Assembly (NCBI GenBank): GCA_963825865.1
Contig: CAWGVG010000054.1
Span: 1 to 52,888, forward strand
Direction: 5' to 3'
Length of the DNA stretch: 52,888 bases
Source of the DNA: an uncultured Nitrososphaeraceae archaeon
Lineage (GTDB): Archaea > Thermoproteota > Nitrososphaeria > Nitrososphaerales > Nitrososphaeraceae
Each line of letters opens with the position of its first letter. Position 1 is the first letter of the stretch. Below, in pieces: positions 33,100 to 43,969 of the stretch. Below the pieces are notes generated by a model. The model had not been told where the DNA came from and did not search any database. It was given only the letters and a program-made list of their open reading frames with translations. The translations under genes were made by a program, and so were the position numbers.

Positions 33100-34176
33100 T
33101 TAGTTCACTTCACGTAGTCCCTTTTCTTTGAGTATAGTATTTAATAATGTCAAATCATATATGCCAGACAGATCTGGTTGCTGTTTTTGCCCTTTTGCCA
33201 AAAAACCAAGGTTGTATGCTTCACTCGCATATTTAAAAAATGATTTCTTAATAGGATCATATGTGAAATCTATTCGTGATAAAGCTTGTTTTAATTCATC
33301 TTCTGGGATCGCTTTACCTGTAAGTTTTTTAAGCTCAGTATCAAATACTTGTACGGCGTTATTTTTATGGTCATTAATCCACAATGTTTCATTTGTATGT
33401 AAAGCCAATAATTTCTTTATTATGTCTGGATTGTTCTTAAGATAATCTGTTCTAGCAATAATATTGGTCATCACAAATTTTCCATCTGGCCACAAGCTTC
33501 TTTCATCTAGAAATATTTTTCCATTGGCTTCTTTGACTAATATGGCACCCCATGGTTCTGGCACCCATGCTCCGTCTAGTTGTTTTTTTAGGAATAGTGT
33601 GAGGATATCAGACAAATTTGTAGAAATTACCTCAACACTTCCACCATTTTCTTTAGTTTTGTACCCATTTCTCATTAAATAGGATCGCAGGGCTACATCT
33701 TGAGTATTACCTAATTGTGGAGAAGCAAACTTTTTACCTGCAAAATCCTTGGCTGATTTAATTCCTGAATCATTTCTGACCACAAAAACTGCCCCTCCAC
33801 TAGATGCACCTGAAATAATTCTGACATCTCTTCCTTCAGATGCTACATAACCATTGATTGCAGGGTTAGGACCAACGTATGCGACATCTATTTGATTTGC
33901 AAATAATGCATCAATTACAGATGTCCCCGCATTAAAGACTATTGGATGTACTGCAATGCCATTCTTACTGAATGTATTTTCAAAGTCTCCATCATTTAGC
34001 CCTATAACAGCCTGCGCATGGTTGAGATTAGCAAAATATCCAATTCTTAGTACATTTGAAGTTGCACCGACCGTAATATTACTAGTATTTGCTGGATTTG
34101 TATTGTAAAATATAGTGCTTACAACTACACCAATTATTATGGCTGCAGATATTCCCAGACTTACCTTAGCTTCCAT
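33100..34176 (-). CDS. ssuA: ABC transporter substrate-binding protein, sulfonate/nitrate (SsuA-like)
   Basis: RIGYFANLNHAQA, YVGPNPAIN, ASPQLGNTQDVALR, AWVPEPW. Confidence 0.88.
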   Translation of the reverse strand: MEAKVSLGISAAIIIGVVVSTIFYNTNPANTSNITVGATSNVLRIGYFANLNHAQAVIGLNDGDFENTFSKNGIAVHPIVFNAGTSVIDALFANQIDVAYVGPNPAINGYVASEGRDVRIISGASSGGAVFVVRNDSGIKSAKDFAGKKFASPQLGNTQDVALRSYLMRNGYKTKENGGSVEVISTNLSDILTLFLKKQLDGAWVPEPWGAILVKEANGKIFLDERSLWPDGKFVMTNIIARTDYLKNNPDIIKKLLALHTNETLWINDHKNNAVQVFDTELKKLTGKAIPEDELKQALSRIDFTYDPIKKSFFKYASEAYNLGFLAKGQKQQPDLSGIYDLTLLNTILKEKGLREVN

Positions 34177-34206
34177 TCATTAGCTATACTCGTAGTGATT
34201 TGACAG

Positions 34207-34257
34207 ACATATTACGGCTTACATATATGCAAAACAAGAAAATCGTATGCAAATACC
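34207..34257 (-). promoter_or_regulatory. TATA plus operator of ssuA-like gene
   Basis: ACATATTA-N7-CATATATGCA-N16-TGCAAATA. Confidence 0.7.
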
Positions 34258-34510
34258 TATCTTAAAATGAAAACTCTGCGTATTTAGAAATCTCAATAAA
34301 TGTAAAATTTGTTTAAATCTTCTTATATTTCTATATATGCTCGCTGACTTGGATGCGATTGATAAATTAAAACACAAGAGATTAATAATGAAGAAAAACA
34401 ATCTTGAAGACACAAGAAGAAAAACCTATTATCCCGTTCAATATGATTGGTTTTAACCATTAATAAAATGCTAATGATAATTGGGGGGGTTATGATTTAA
34501 CTCATAGATG

Positions 34511-34562
34511 CTAATTTTGCATAAATCTAACCACAGTTGCATATTTGAACTAAGTTATATTG
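34511..34562 (+). promoter_or_regulatory. Operator plus TATA of ssuB/C-like operon
   Basis: TTTTGCA-N16-TGCATATTTG, 7 bp, TTATATTG; ATG at 34590. Confidence 0.8.
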
Positions 34563-34589
34563 CTCATTGCAGATTAGAAATTTTAACAA

Positions 34590-35411
34590 ATGCTGAGTAG
34601 AGACGAATCACAGTCATCAGAAAATGTTTTACAGATAAAGAATGTATCAAAGTTCTATTATGGGAATGGTGGTGGTGATGCAGCTGACTATAATAGACAT
34701 ATGGTCTTAAACAATGTCAATATAGATGTTAAAAATGGCGAATTTGTCACTATAGTAGGACCATCGGGTTGTGGTAAAAGCACATTACTTAACATAGTCG
34801 CAGGTATTGACAGGACATATATCGGAGAAATAGCGATTTATGGTCAACCCACTGATTCTTTTGCCACTAATGTTGATCGTAATAGAATAATGATTTTTCA
34901 AGAGGGAGCTCTTTTTCCTTGGCTCACTGTTCGTGAAAATGTAGAGTTTGGTTTAAAAATATCAAAAGTTCCTAAGGACAAAAGAAACAAAATTGCTATG
35001 CATTATATAGAAATGGTTCAATTATCAAATTTTGCAGACGCTTATATCCATCAACTTTCAGGAGGAATGAAACAACGCGTCGCCATTGCTCGAGCTTTAG
35101 CACTAAACCCAGAGATCTTGTTGATGGACGAACCATTTGCAGCATTAGATGTAAGCACAAGACGGTTGTTACAGGAGCAACTGCTTCAAATTCATCAAAG
35201 TACAAAAAAAACAGTTCTATTTGTCACACATAACATTAATGAGGCTGTAGTATTGGGCGACAGAGTTATTCTTATGTCACCAAAACATGAAAATATAAAG
35301 AAAGAGTTTAGAATTAACCTTCTGCATCCACGACAGATAAATCATCCTATTGTAGATGCAATTACAAAGGAGATTTTACAGGAATCCAAATATTTTGAAC
35401 AAATGAAATGA
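34590..35411 (+). CDS. ssuB: ABC ATP-binding protein (SsuB/TauB/NrtD)
   Basis: GPSGCGKS, LFPWLTV, LSGGMKQR, LLMDEPF, FVTH. Confidence 0.9.
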   Translation: MLSRDESQSSENVLQIKNVSKFYYGNGGGDAADYNRHMVLNNVNIDVKNGEFVTIVGPSGCGKSTLLNIVAGIDRTYIGEIAIYGQPTDSFATNVDRNRIMIFQEGALFPWLTVRENVEFGLKISKVPKDKRNKIAMHYIEMVQLSNFADAYIHQLSGGMKQRVAIARALALNPEILLMDEPFAALDVSTRRLLQEQLLQIHQSTKKTVLFVTHNINEAVVLGDRVILMSPKHENIKKEFRINLLHPRQINHPIVDAITKEILQESKYFEQMK

Positions 35412-35481
35412 GATAAAGATTGAACATATGGATTGGAGATAAAATTGCAACCACAGCAACACTTTAAAAAACAGGTAGAAA

Positions 35482-36279
35482 ATGACAGAAAAAAAATTAA
35501 AAGAGATCGATGTTGAAGATATAGGCCATGTAATACTATTCCTCGCTGCACTTACAGGGATATGGCAACTAATATTTAGCCTCGGAATATTTCCCAGGGT
35601 CTCTTTGCCATCTCCAGCAATGGTGGCTCAGTCTTTTGTAATGCTATTTGCTAATGCCACATTAATTACAAGCATAAGTATGACAATGTGGAGGTTCGTC
35701 ATTAGTTTCTCAACTTCTATTATTCTAGGAGTTGGAGTTGGATTGTTGATGGTAAGATTCCGTAGCTTTGGTAAAACTATGAGCTCGTTTGCGGTAGGAT
35801 TACAATCATTTCCCAGTATAGCATGGGTACCGTTTGCAATTTTATTAATCGGATTAAATGATTTTGGTATTTTCTTTGTTGTTATTATGAGTTCTATCTT
35901 TTCGGTCATGATATCAACATATAGCGGAATTAGCAATATACCAACAATCTATCTTCGGGCGGCTGAAAATATGGGTGCAAAAGGATTATCGTTATTCAGG
36001 TTTGTAATGATTCCAGCTGCCACACCGTCATTAATTGTTGGTATAAGACAAGCATGGTCATTTGCTTGGCATGCATTAATAGGAGCTGAAATACTGATTG
36101 CAGCATCAGTAGGTTTAGGTCATATTTTGCTTGTTGGAAGAGAATTCCAGCTTATGGACCAAATAATTGCATCGATGATAATCATATTTGCCATTGGTTT
36201 TGTATTTGATAGATTAGTTTTTAACAAACTTGAGAATAAAGTGAGACACAGATGGGGATTGAACCAAACTAAGGAATAA
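35482..36279 (+). CDS. ssuC: ABC permease (SsuC/TauC)
   Basis: LPSP, LQSFPSIAWVP, YLRAAENMGA (EAA loop), LIGAE, GLG. Confidence 0.9.
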   Translation: MTEKKLKEIDVEDIGHVILFLAALTGIWQLIFSLGIFPRVSLPSPAMVAQSFVMLFANATLITSISMTMWRFVISFSTSIILGVGVGLLMVRFRSFGKTMSSFAVGLQSFPSIAWVPFAILLIGLNDFGIFFVVIMSSIFSVMISTYSGISNIPTIYLRAAENMGAKGLSLFRFVMIPAATPSLIVGIRQAWSFAWHALIGAEILIAASVGLGHILLVGREFQLMDQIIASMIIIFAIGFVFDRLVFNKLENKVRHRWGLNQTKE

Positions 36280-36421
36280 TGAGAGTTAGTATTGTTATAT
36301 CATATTATGGGCACTATATTCAAAAAATTAAGTTACTGTAATAGAGTATTATTATTTGAACTTTTGTCATATAATTAATTTTGCTGGTTAGAAGATTTGT
36401 CGTCATATACACTAAACCGCA

Positions 36422-36790
36422 TTACAATAATTTGACAGGCTTTACATTTCCTTGTTGTGCATAAGCCCATCCATCACATACCCCTGACATATCATAACTT
36501 GTATCGGAGATCCCATGGTTTACACTATCGTCGAATCCATGACCATTTAAACCGCGAAAATCGCGATGTGCATCACAATACACTCGATCATAGCCATCGT
36601 CATAGTCCTGTCCTCCTGTAGCAGAAATATCCAAATCCTCACATGGGTATCTTCTGATCTAACCTAATGCAGCCTGGCCATTATTCACTGGTTTCTTTTT
36701 TGCAAATGCGGTATATCGTTATTCAGTACAATACTGCCAGCCATTAAAGTCATGTTAGTAGTGCTATCAGGTATTTTTTAGCAATACATG
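36422..36790 (-). CDS. Small secreted protein, frameshifted
   Basis: Hydrophobic N-terminus then DYDDGYDRVYCDAH...YDMSGVCDGW. Confidence 0.45.
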
Positions 36791-37440
36791 ACATGGAAGA
36801 AGATATGATTGTATAAATATTCCTTAATTACACTTATTATTTATCTTCTCTGTCAACTGTCAATCATTTATACTTTAAAAAGAAGAAGGTAAAGATTAGA
36901 GGGTTACTATTAGTTATGGCTCAGGTTGTGACACTCTCATATTACCACCACTAAAAATATTAGTTTTTGCACGTAGATGAGAAGAGAAGACCTGAATCCG
37001 CATACAGTGTTTGAAACTGGCTAAGACAGGACTTCTATTGTCACTATATCATATTAACAAAGGGATAATACAGCTGATAACGATTCTTTTTAAAGCCTAT
37101 TTTTCTAAATTTACTTTAATGTTCAAAATATATAAGGATGTTTCGAAAGGGATAATGGTAGCAGAGGGTTTTAAGAGGCAGTAGGAAGGGGACTTGAATA
37201 ATTGCAATATCTAGATTGGATATATTTATATCCACATGCAAGTAACTTTATAGAGCATGTTTTCAATGCTACCATGGTAATACATACAACATATAGGGTT
37301 TTCCCTATGTCTGTGCAGCCCTTCCTTGAGCATTTGTAGTATACTTTGTGTAATGTAGCAAAAGGATAAAGAATATAATGTTGCCTTGTTATATTATTCA
37401 TTGAAAACACCTCTTGGGACGTTATGTCTCTGGGTGGAGG

Positions 37441-37483
37441 CTACAGTCTGATTGTGCTTTCCACGGCTGCAATCAGACTGTAG
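37441..37483. repeat. 14 bp perfect inverted repeat (hairpin)
   Basis: CTACAGTCTGATTG-N15-CAATCAGACTGTAG. Confidence 0.85.
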
Positions 37484-37539
37484 TAGCAATTGTTTTCCAT
37501 TGTTCATCTAAGGCACCTGCCTTTTTACTAGATGCGTTA

Positions 37540-37821
37540 TTACTTCGTTGAAGCTATCGCCTGCCCTGATTGGCTCTCTATTATTATTCTACCTGTCCAG
37601 CAAAGAGGACAGCGTATATGTTCCTCACCGGACATGCTGCCAAGCTTTCCAGATAAATCAAAGTAAGATACATGCCATGAACATGATTGACATAGAAGGA
37701 AATATTTTTTATATACTAGCAATGTTTGTTTTTGATTATTAATGGTTGTAGATCCACTATGCATTTGTTCTAATACTAATCCTTTTGTTTCTGCTTTCTC
37801 CATTTCTGGAACTATAGCCAT
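37540..37821 (-). CDS. Small Zn-finger protein, copy 2
   Basis: Near-identical to 16999-17262 except the last residues. Confidence 0.8.
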   Translation of the reverse strand: MAIVPEMEKAETKGLVLEQMHSGSTTINNQKQTLLVYKKYFLLCQSCSWHVSYFDLSGKLGSMSGEEHIRCPLCWTGRIIIESQSGQAIASTK

Positions 37822-38040
37822 ATTTCATACACGATATAGTAGACTAGCAATATAATTAAATCCAAATATGCAAATTAGATATTGTATGTGCATTATTGGC
37901 GTAATGTGAAAGATAACCTACATGTATTATTGAATATACTGTACCTAATGATACTGAATACTGGTAACAAATGTGTATAACATAAGTATTTTGCATCTTT
38001 GAAAGCGCATATATGTACAACATTACAAAATAATAAGATA

Positions 38041-38445
38041 ATGTCATACACAAAACTTTATCTGGCAATTGCAGGGTTGATGACAATGCTAGTGACTACA
38101 GCCATTGTTACTAATCCTATAAAAATTGCAAATGCACAAGAACCAACAACAACTCCGACGACTGCGACTGCAAATCAATCCGACATAAATGTCGACCAGA
38201 AAATAAATGAGTTGAAGGCAAAGTTTCCAGAATTAAGTTCACCTCAAGGAACTGAAGTGAAGGATTTAATTCAAAAAGTATTAAGTTTAGACAAACAACA
38301 AGCACTCAAGACATTAGCGGCTTTCCACATTCTAAGAAATCTACAGGAATACAGAGAGCTTTCCTCAGGAGGTACCAATAGCACATGGTTGATATTCTTT
38401 AAGAGTGAGATAGAGGAAATGAGGAGGGGCCTGTTACAATACTAG
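38041..38445 (+). CDS. Secreted small protein, copy 2
   Basis: Signal peptide, Thr-rich linker, helical domain. Confidence 0.75.
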   Translation: MSYTKLYLAIAGLMTMLVTTAIVTNPIKIANAQEPTTTPTTATANQSDINVDQKINELKAKFPELSSPQGTEVKDLIQKVLSLDKQQALKTLAAFHILRNLQEYRELSSGGTNSTWLIFFKSEIEEMRRGLLQY

Positions 38446-38831
38446 TTATCTGTCATGTCAGATAACGGTGGCAGTAGTGATGCCATTATTCTTTGACCTG
38501 CAAATTGGGCTGATGTTCATCTATACGAGCGCCCTTCTCGCTCCTCTATTACTGCTTTGTCTGCTAAATTACCGTAATTATTCAGATATCCTATAGACTG
38601 TTTGTAACCTACTGACTTTTCTGATAGGTTCTTTTTCATAATATAATGATGACTGGTCATTTTTCCTAATTCTTAACATATAAAATCTCTATACACCAAG
38701 AAAATGTATATGCAAAATTTGCATGTTTTATTGTCATTTAGATCACAATATTGACATTTTATACGCTAAATATGCATATTTTTGATAACTTTTGCATACT
38801 CATAAATACTATAGTCTTGATGTAGTAGTGA

Positions 38832-39197
38832 AATAAGTATAAAACAAATATTACCAAACTTCAAAACCCAAAATATCAAACGTGCGTAGATGCTTGCAAT
38901 AACTGTTGTGAATCCTGTGAAGCTTGTTGTACAGCCTGTCTTATCGATCAGAAGAATGTAAGCATGAGTACAAGATGCATTATGATGATGCGTGACTGTA
39001 TGGATATGTGTATGACTGCATCTTGCTTTATGTCAAGGGGAAGCGAGAATGTAAAACAGGTATGCAATATGTGTGCGGATGTGTGTGAAGCGTGTGCTAT
39101 GGAATGCGAAAAATTACAAGACAAAATGGAGGAATGTAGACAATGCGCTCAAGCATGTAGAATGTGTGCACAAGAATGTAGGAGTATGACAAGATAA
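38832..39197 (+). pseudogene. Cys-rich four-helix-bundle protein, copy 2, start codon lost
   Basis: GTGAAATGAGTAG in copy 1 is GTGAAATAAGTAT here; rest of the frame is intact. Confidence 0.7.
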
Positions 39198-39435
39198 GAA
39201 CTAGAATAAGAAATTCTATTTCTTTTTTTCACATACATATTTTTATTTAATTTTTTCTTGTAAATCACATATGATGACAATAATCTTTGTTATCATTCCT
39301 ATCAAATATTGTGTATAGATTAGATATCTAATTGAGGTAGTTATTCTACCTGTCTTGCAAATATGACATAATATATATCCCCCACACCTAATATGGCAAG
39401 TTTTCTGGATGATTGACATAGAAGGAGCTTTTTGA

Positions 39436-39734
39436 TTAAGGCATTAGATCTAATATCATTTTCAAATATGCTATTTCAGATTCTATAGCCTTTTTCTCAA
39501 TTTCGTCATCAATATTGTAATCTTTGCTATATTTTAAGAGCCTTTCACATGCATTTAATTCTTCAAATATGATATCTCTTTTGTCAAGACATAGGCTATG
39601 GTATGAATCAACAAACTTATAACTTACTTTCTTAGTAATATTGCCTTTCTTACACCCGCACATTTTTTGCAATAATTGAGGAGGGTTGTTCTGTTTCAAT
39701 GACATTCAATTCTTCTTCTTTTCATCTCCATCAT
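39436..39734 (-). CDS. KMCGC-motif small protein, copy 2 (frameshifted)
   Basis: Paralogue of 13814. Confidence 0.7.
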
Positions 39735-40247
39735 CGGTCCTACTACTATCAACAGTATTACCTGTCAGCATTCATCAGCAATATACACATCTCTACAATA
39801 TAACTACATGCAAATACGTGATCTAAACCTGAAACACGCATTTTTTGCATAGTCTTAAAGTTATATTATTTTTTGTGACCCTTTATAATAAAGCAATTTC
39901 ATAGCGAACCATCACAAATATCTAAATTCCAGAGTACAAAGTAATAGAACATTAGATTATAATATTTGTGTTAGTGGAATCGATTCATCAATACTATTTT
40001 TAGAAGGCAGAACGGCTTAAAGAAAAGTAATCTCTGCCTCTGACTGAATTTTACTTCCTTTTTGTTTGATTATCGTCAAGTTCTATATTGTAGTATGCAC
40101 GCTATAACAACCAAACTGTATAATTAATGGTTACATGGAATGTGCAATAAACTTCAATTAAACAAACTAATATTAGACTTCTCTACCCCTTGTTTTGGAT
40201 AATTTTTAAATATAATTGGCCATCATTTTTCCCTCTTTGTATACAAT

Positions 40248-41295
40248 AGACCTCTTGCGTAATTGAAAGCTTAGAGCTTTATTCTCCATTGATCTGCACA
40301 TATTTGATACTCCGTTGATGTCTTACGCTCGCCTATCAAGAAGGCCGTTGTTATTCAAATCGTTTACTGGACTGGCTGTATCAGAATTTGATGTCATTGC
40401 CAAAGAAATAGAATCGAAATATGATGAGCATGAAAGAAAGCGTCTTTCCAATAGGAAAAGAAAAAGAGATATTGGTGCTGGTAGACCATTCAAGCTGAAA
40501 GCCAAAGAAAGATTCTTGATGCTTCTAGTCTATTACAGACTGTACATTACCTTTACATTATCAGGATTTCTATTTGATCTTGACCAGAGTAATATCTGCA
40601 GAGATATATCCATTATAGAACCACTTATCAAACGGTGTATCCCGCTGCCAAAGAAGCTGTATAAACGTACAAGAAGGCTTAGAACTATAGATGAAGTGGA
40701 AGAGTACTTTCCAGGTTTCAAGGCTTTCATAGATTCTTCCGAACAGGAGATACCAAGGCCAAAGAACAAAAGGAGAAGGAAGAGCTACTACTCTGGCAAA
40801 AAGAGGAAGCATACTATCAAGACACAATATATGGTAAACAGTGAGGGTACCATACTACACAAAACAGGTCATGATCGGGGAAGAATACATGATTATGAGA
40901 TTTTCAAAAATAAACATCCTATAACTCCGCTGCAAGTTGAGAATATCCTTGACCTTGGTTACTTGGGAGTTAAGAATGACTTTCCCACTGTAAAGTATGT
41001 ACTGCCATTTAGAAAAGAAAAGGAAAAGTGAACTCTCAGATGAAGAAAAAAGACACAATAGAAAGCATTGCAAACTAAGGGTAATAGTCGAGCACACAGT
41101 AAGCAGAATTAAAAAGTTTGGAATAATGGGTACTAAATTTAGAAACAGGCTTGGAAGATATGATCATGCTTCTGACATTGTTTCAGGATTGGTAAATTTC
41201 AGAATAATACGAACTAATGGTGGGATGTCACTCTAAAAAAAGAGCAAAACTGACCATCATGAAGAGATTTTCTTTCGTAATTACGCAATAGATCT
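40248..41295 (+). mobile_element. ISL2-type IS copy 4, 3 bp TSD AAT
   Basis: TIRs AGACCTCTTGCGTAATT / AATTACGCAATAGATCT; transposase 40315-41031 plus 40997-41236. Confidence 0.93.
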
Positions 41296-41568
41296 AATGT
41301 CTCTATTCATTGGAAGACATTTATTATTTCTCGCAATTCGATGGTCGTCATCATTTATTACTATACACCGTCTCTCCCTTGACGACGACGACTTGGACTT
41401 GTTTGCGCGGACCATCAAGAGGACTTTAATTTCTTTGAACATGCAAGGTTTCAAATTCTTGTCTTTGATTCTGCAGGCGGTAAAGTGCCACGCCAATTCC
41501 AGAGATAGATAGGTAACAACAAATCCCATAACCGGATACAGGAGATTTTCGATCATCATTATTTGCAT
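41281..41568 (-). CDS. Small membrane-anchored hypothetical protein, ends inside IS TIR
   Basis: LLYPVMGFVVTYLSLELAWHFTAC TM segment. Confidence 0.55.
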   Translation of the reverse strand: MQIMMIENLLYPVMGFVVTYLSLELAWHFTACRIKDKNLKPCMFKEIKVLLMVRANKSKSSSSRERRCIVINDDDHRIARNNKCLPMNRDIRSIA

Positions 41569-41867
41569 AATATGTAAATGCTGTTAATTAACTTCAGTAA
41601 AAACTATCTATGATTAATCAGAATGGCGTTTTATTTTATAAAGTAGTTCTGACAGAAAAAGCATTGCATCTGTTTTACAAGGCTTGGTGGATAGATTTAC
41701 TTTTTTTAATAATAATACTACTGCTCCTACTATTACCTATAGAAAAGTTGGCATCAAAATCTCAAATCTACATAGAGTAGAAAGGAAAAAGAAATCAGCT
41801 CAGCAAAGGACATCGCTAGATTATACTTGATTATACTTGATTACACAGCAACAACAATAATAGTGAT

Positions 41868-42457
41868 ATGACTATTGATGATGATAATAATAATAAGAAT
41901 AACGATAGTAATGAATTCACATACCTATTCAATGGCCAAAGTGTAGATGGCTGGCGTATGGCCGGCCCAGGTAAATTTGTATTTCTTGAATATGATAAAT
42001 CATTGCAATCAGAGGGAGGAATGGGATTGCTATGGTATGCAGAAAAGAAATACAAGGATTTTGTACTAAAGATTGATTGGAAAGTTAATCGTAGAAATGA
42101 CAACTCTGGAGTATTTATTAGATTCTCAGATCCAGACAATGATCCTTGGATTGCTGTTAATACTGGATATGAGATTCAAATAGACGATTTGGCGATGCCT
42201 GATGGCAATCCTGTTCATAAGACGGGTGCAATATACAACTTTGCAATGTTCCTTCAAATTCGGCATTAAAACCAGTAGGTGAATGGAATACCTTTGAGAT
42301 AAAGGCAATAAACCAGAAATATAGTGTTATATTAAATGGTGAAAATGTAATATCAGAATTCACTGGCAATAGATTAACTGAAGGTTATATTGGAATCCAA
42401 AATCATGATGCAGATTCCCATGTTTCATTTAAAAATATAAGGATAAAGGAGATATGA
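41868..42457 (+). CDS. DUF1080 (3-keto-disaccharide hydrolase family), frameshifted
   Basis: LFNGQSVDGW, KYKDFVLKIDW, NSGVFIR, GYEIQI, TGAIY, GEWN, GYIGIQNH, FKNIRIKE. Confidence 0.9.
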
Positions 42458-42539
42458 GAGATTGCCAACTTCAATAACCGACACATTTTCACAACTACTA
42501 CTCTGTCTGAATTGCTGTGAGAGGATACAATAATATGCC

Positions 42540-43401
42540 ATATGCTCTGAGATTTAATTTTCACCTAAGTTGTTTCAATGACGTTGATTAGCGGACTGTT
42601 GTTTGTCAGGACGATTTCTCAAGGCCTTTAAAACAGCTATAACGGCTGCCAATACTACTGTTTTTTTATTGTTCAAAATATCGTTTGCTTTTTGTTCAGC
42701 TACTTGTTCAATCTTTTGATAATCTTTGTCATTATTCTTTATGTTCTCTAACTGTGCTAATTTTTTATCTGTCTCTGCTATATTTTGTATTTTATCATCT
42801 AGATGCCGATTGATATAATTTCAGCGAATCCTTTGCTCCAGATATTTGATTTTGCAGAGCAGATAAAACAGTTCTGAGACCATTTCTTTTATACTCAAGG
42901 TTGTTTATTTCCTCAACTAATAGTTGGAATTGATCTTTAAGGTGCGGCAGTTGCTTACCAAATTTCAAAGCATCTACCACATCTTGTTCACTCATCGTTT
43001 TTTGCTGTTTCATTATCTTGAATAAATTTAAAAATGATGGCAGGTAGCGTCGTATCTCTTTATAGACTAATATTTAATTGATAAAGTCCTTCAAGTTTCC
43101 AAAACTGTTGGTATAACCTATCTACAACATCAGCTTTCAAATCTAATTTAATGGCAACTTCAATAGGCTTTTTACCATCTGAAAACAATGCGAAAGCTTG
43201 CGAGTCTTTGGATAATGTGGATGGAGCCTTGTCTTGTTGTTCTTTTGATTTACCATCATCATCTTGCAATCCTTTGAATTTTCTTTCAATAGCTCCTATA
43301 TCACCAAATGACATATGGACCTCATGGGCAATTTCTCTAATGTTTTTGCCTTGTTGATAAAGCTCAATAACTCGTTGTTCTTTTTCTGTTTTACTTAACA
43401 T
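42540..43401 (-). CDS. Double-HTH plus coiled-coil protein, paralogue 1 (frameshifted)
   Basis: EQRVIELYQQGKNIREIAHEVHMSFGDI; QAFALFSDGKKPIEVAIKLDL; heptad-rich C-terminal part. Confidence 0.8.
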
Positions 43402-43432
43402 CTATTATTCTATGATTATATAAAACAACAAA

Positions 43433-43530
43433 CTTGTTCATAGCTTTTTTCTCTGTTTCCTCTTGTTACAGTCTTGTTTTCATTATGTTGTCGCTATGTT
43501 TCTCTTGTTATCTACTGCTATTATCTGTTA
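43433..43530 (-). repeat. Helically phased AACA array upstream of paralogue 1
   Basis: TGTT/TGCT at 43435, 43454, 43464, 43475, 43486, 43497, 43506, 43516, 43526. Confidence 0.75.
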
Positions 43531-43969
43531 TTTTTGCAGCTAACCCTATTCTATTTAGGGAAATGACAATTAATAATAAGAGATAGAAAATATAATAGCA
43601 TTCGGCGCTGTATCCAGTATAATAATGTCTTGTTGTAATCTCCCATAATACAATGAATTCTGGGAGTTCTCAAAGTTTGACAACAACAAGCCGGTTCCGG
43701 TGCACTTGATTTGGCGGAAAATGTCAGAGTGATAAGCTGTTCGCGCTTATCAAAAATCAATGCGCCATTGTTCCCGCAAGTTGTACAAGACGTTGAAGAT
43801 CAGGCGAAGTCTGAATTTGATCCATGTTCACTATTCCACTGCATCCTGTTGGTCCAGCAATACCGCCGAGTATATTCTTGATTGTATCAAGCGGCATATT
43901 GAATTGAGTTGCAAAGAGTGTTATTATGGCTCCATTCGTATTACAGTTTGTGGCACATAGAATAAACAC

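Larger units (their letters stand above)
37863..40247 (+). repeat. Segmental duplication, copy 2 (of 12319-14720)
   Basis: Direct comparison; differs by scattered substitutions and two ~90 bp indels. Confidence 0.95.

Noticed and set aside
38465-38530. Fluoride riboswitch resemblance (GGC...GCC hairpin, GCTGATG)
   Set aside because: Conserved GAUG loop and pseudoknot are absent and no crcB-like gene follows.
41000-41035. Programmed frameshift in ISL2-type transposases
   Set aside because: Copies 3 and 4 shift in the same A/G-rich tract but by different extra bases, and copies 1 and 2 read through.
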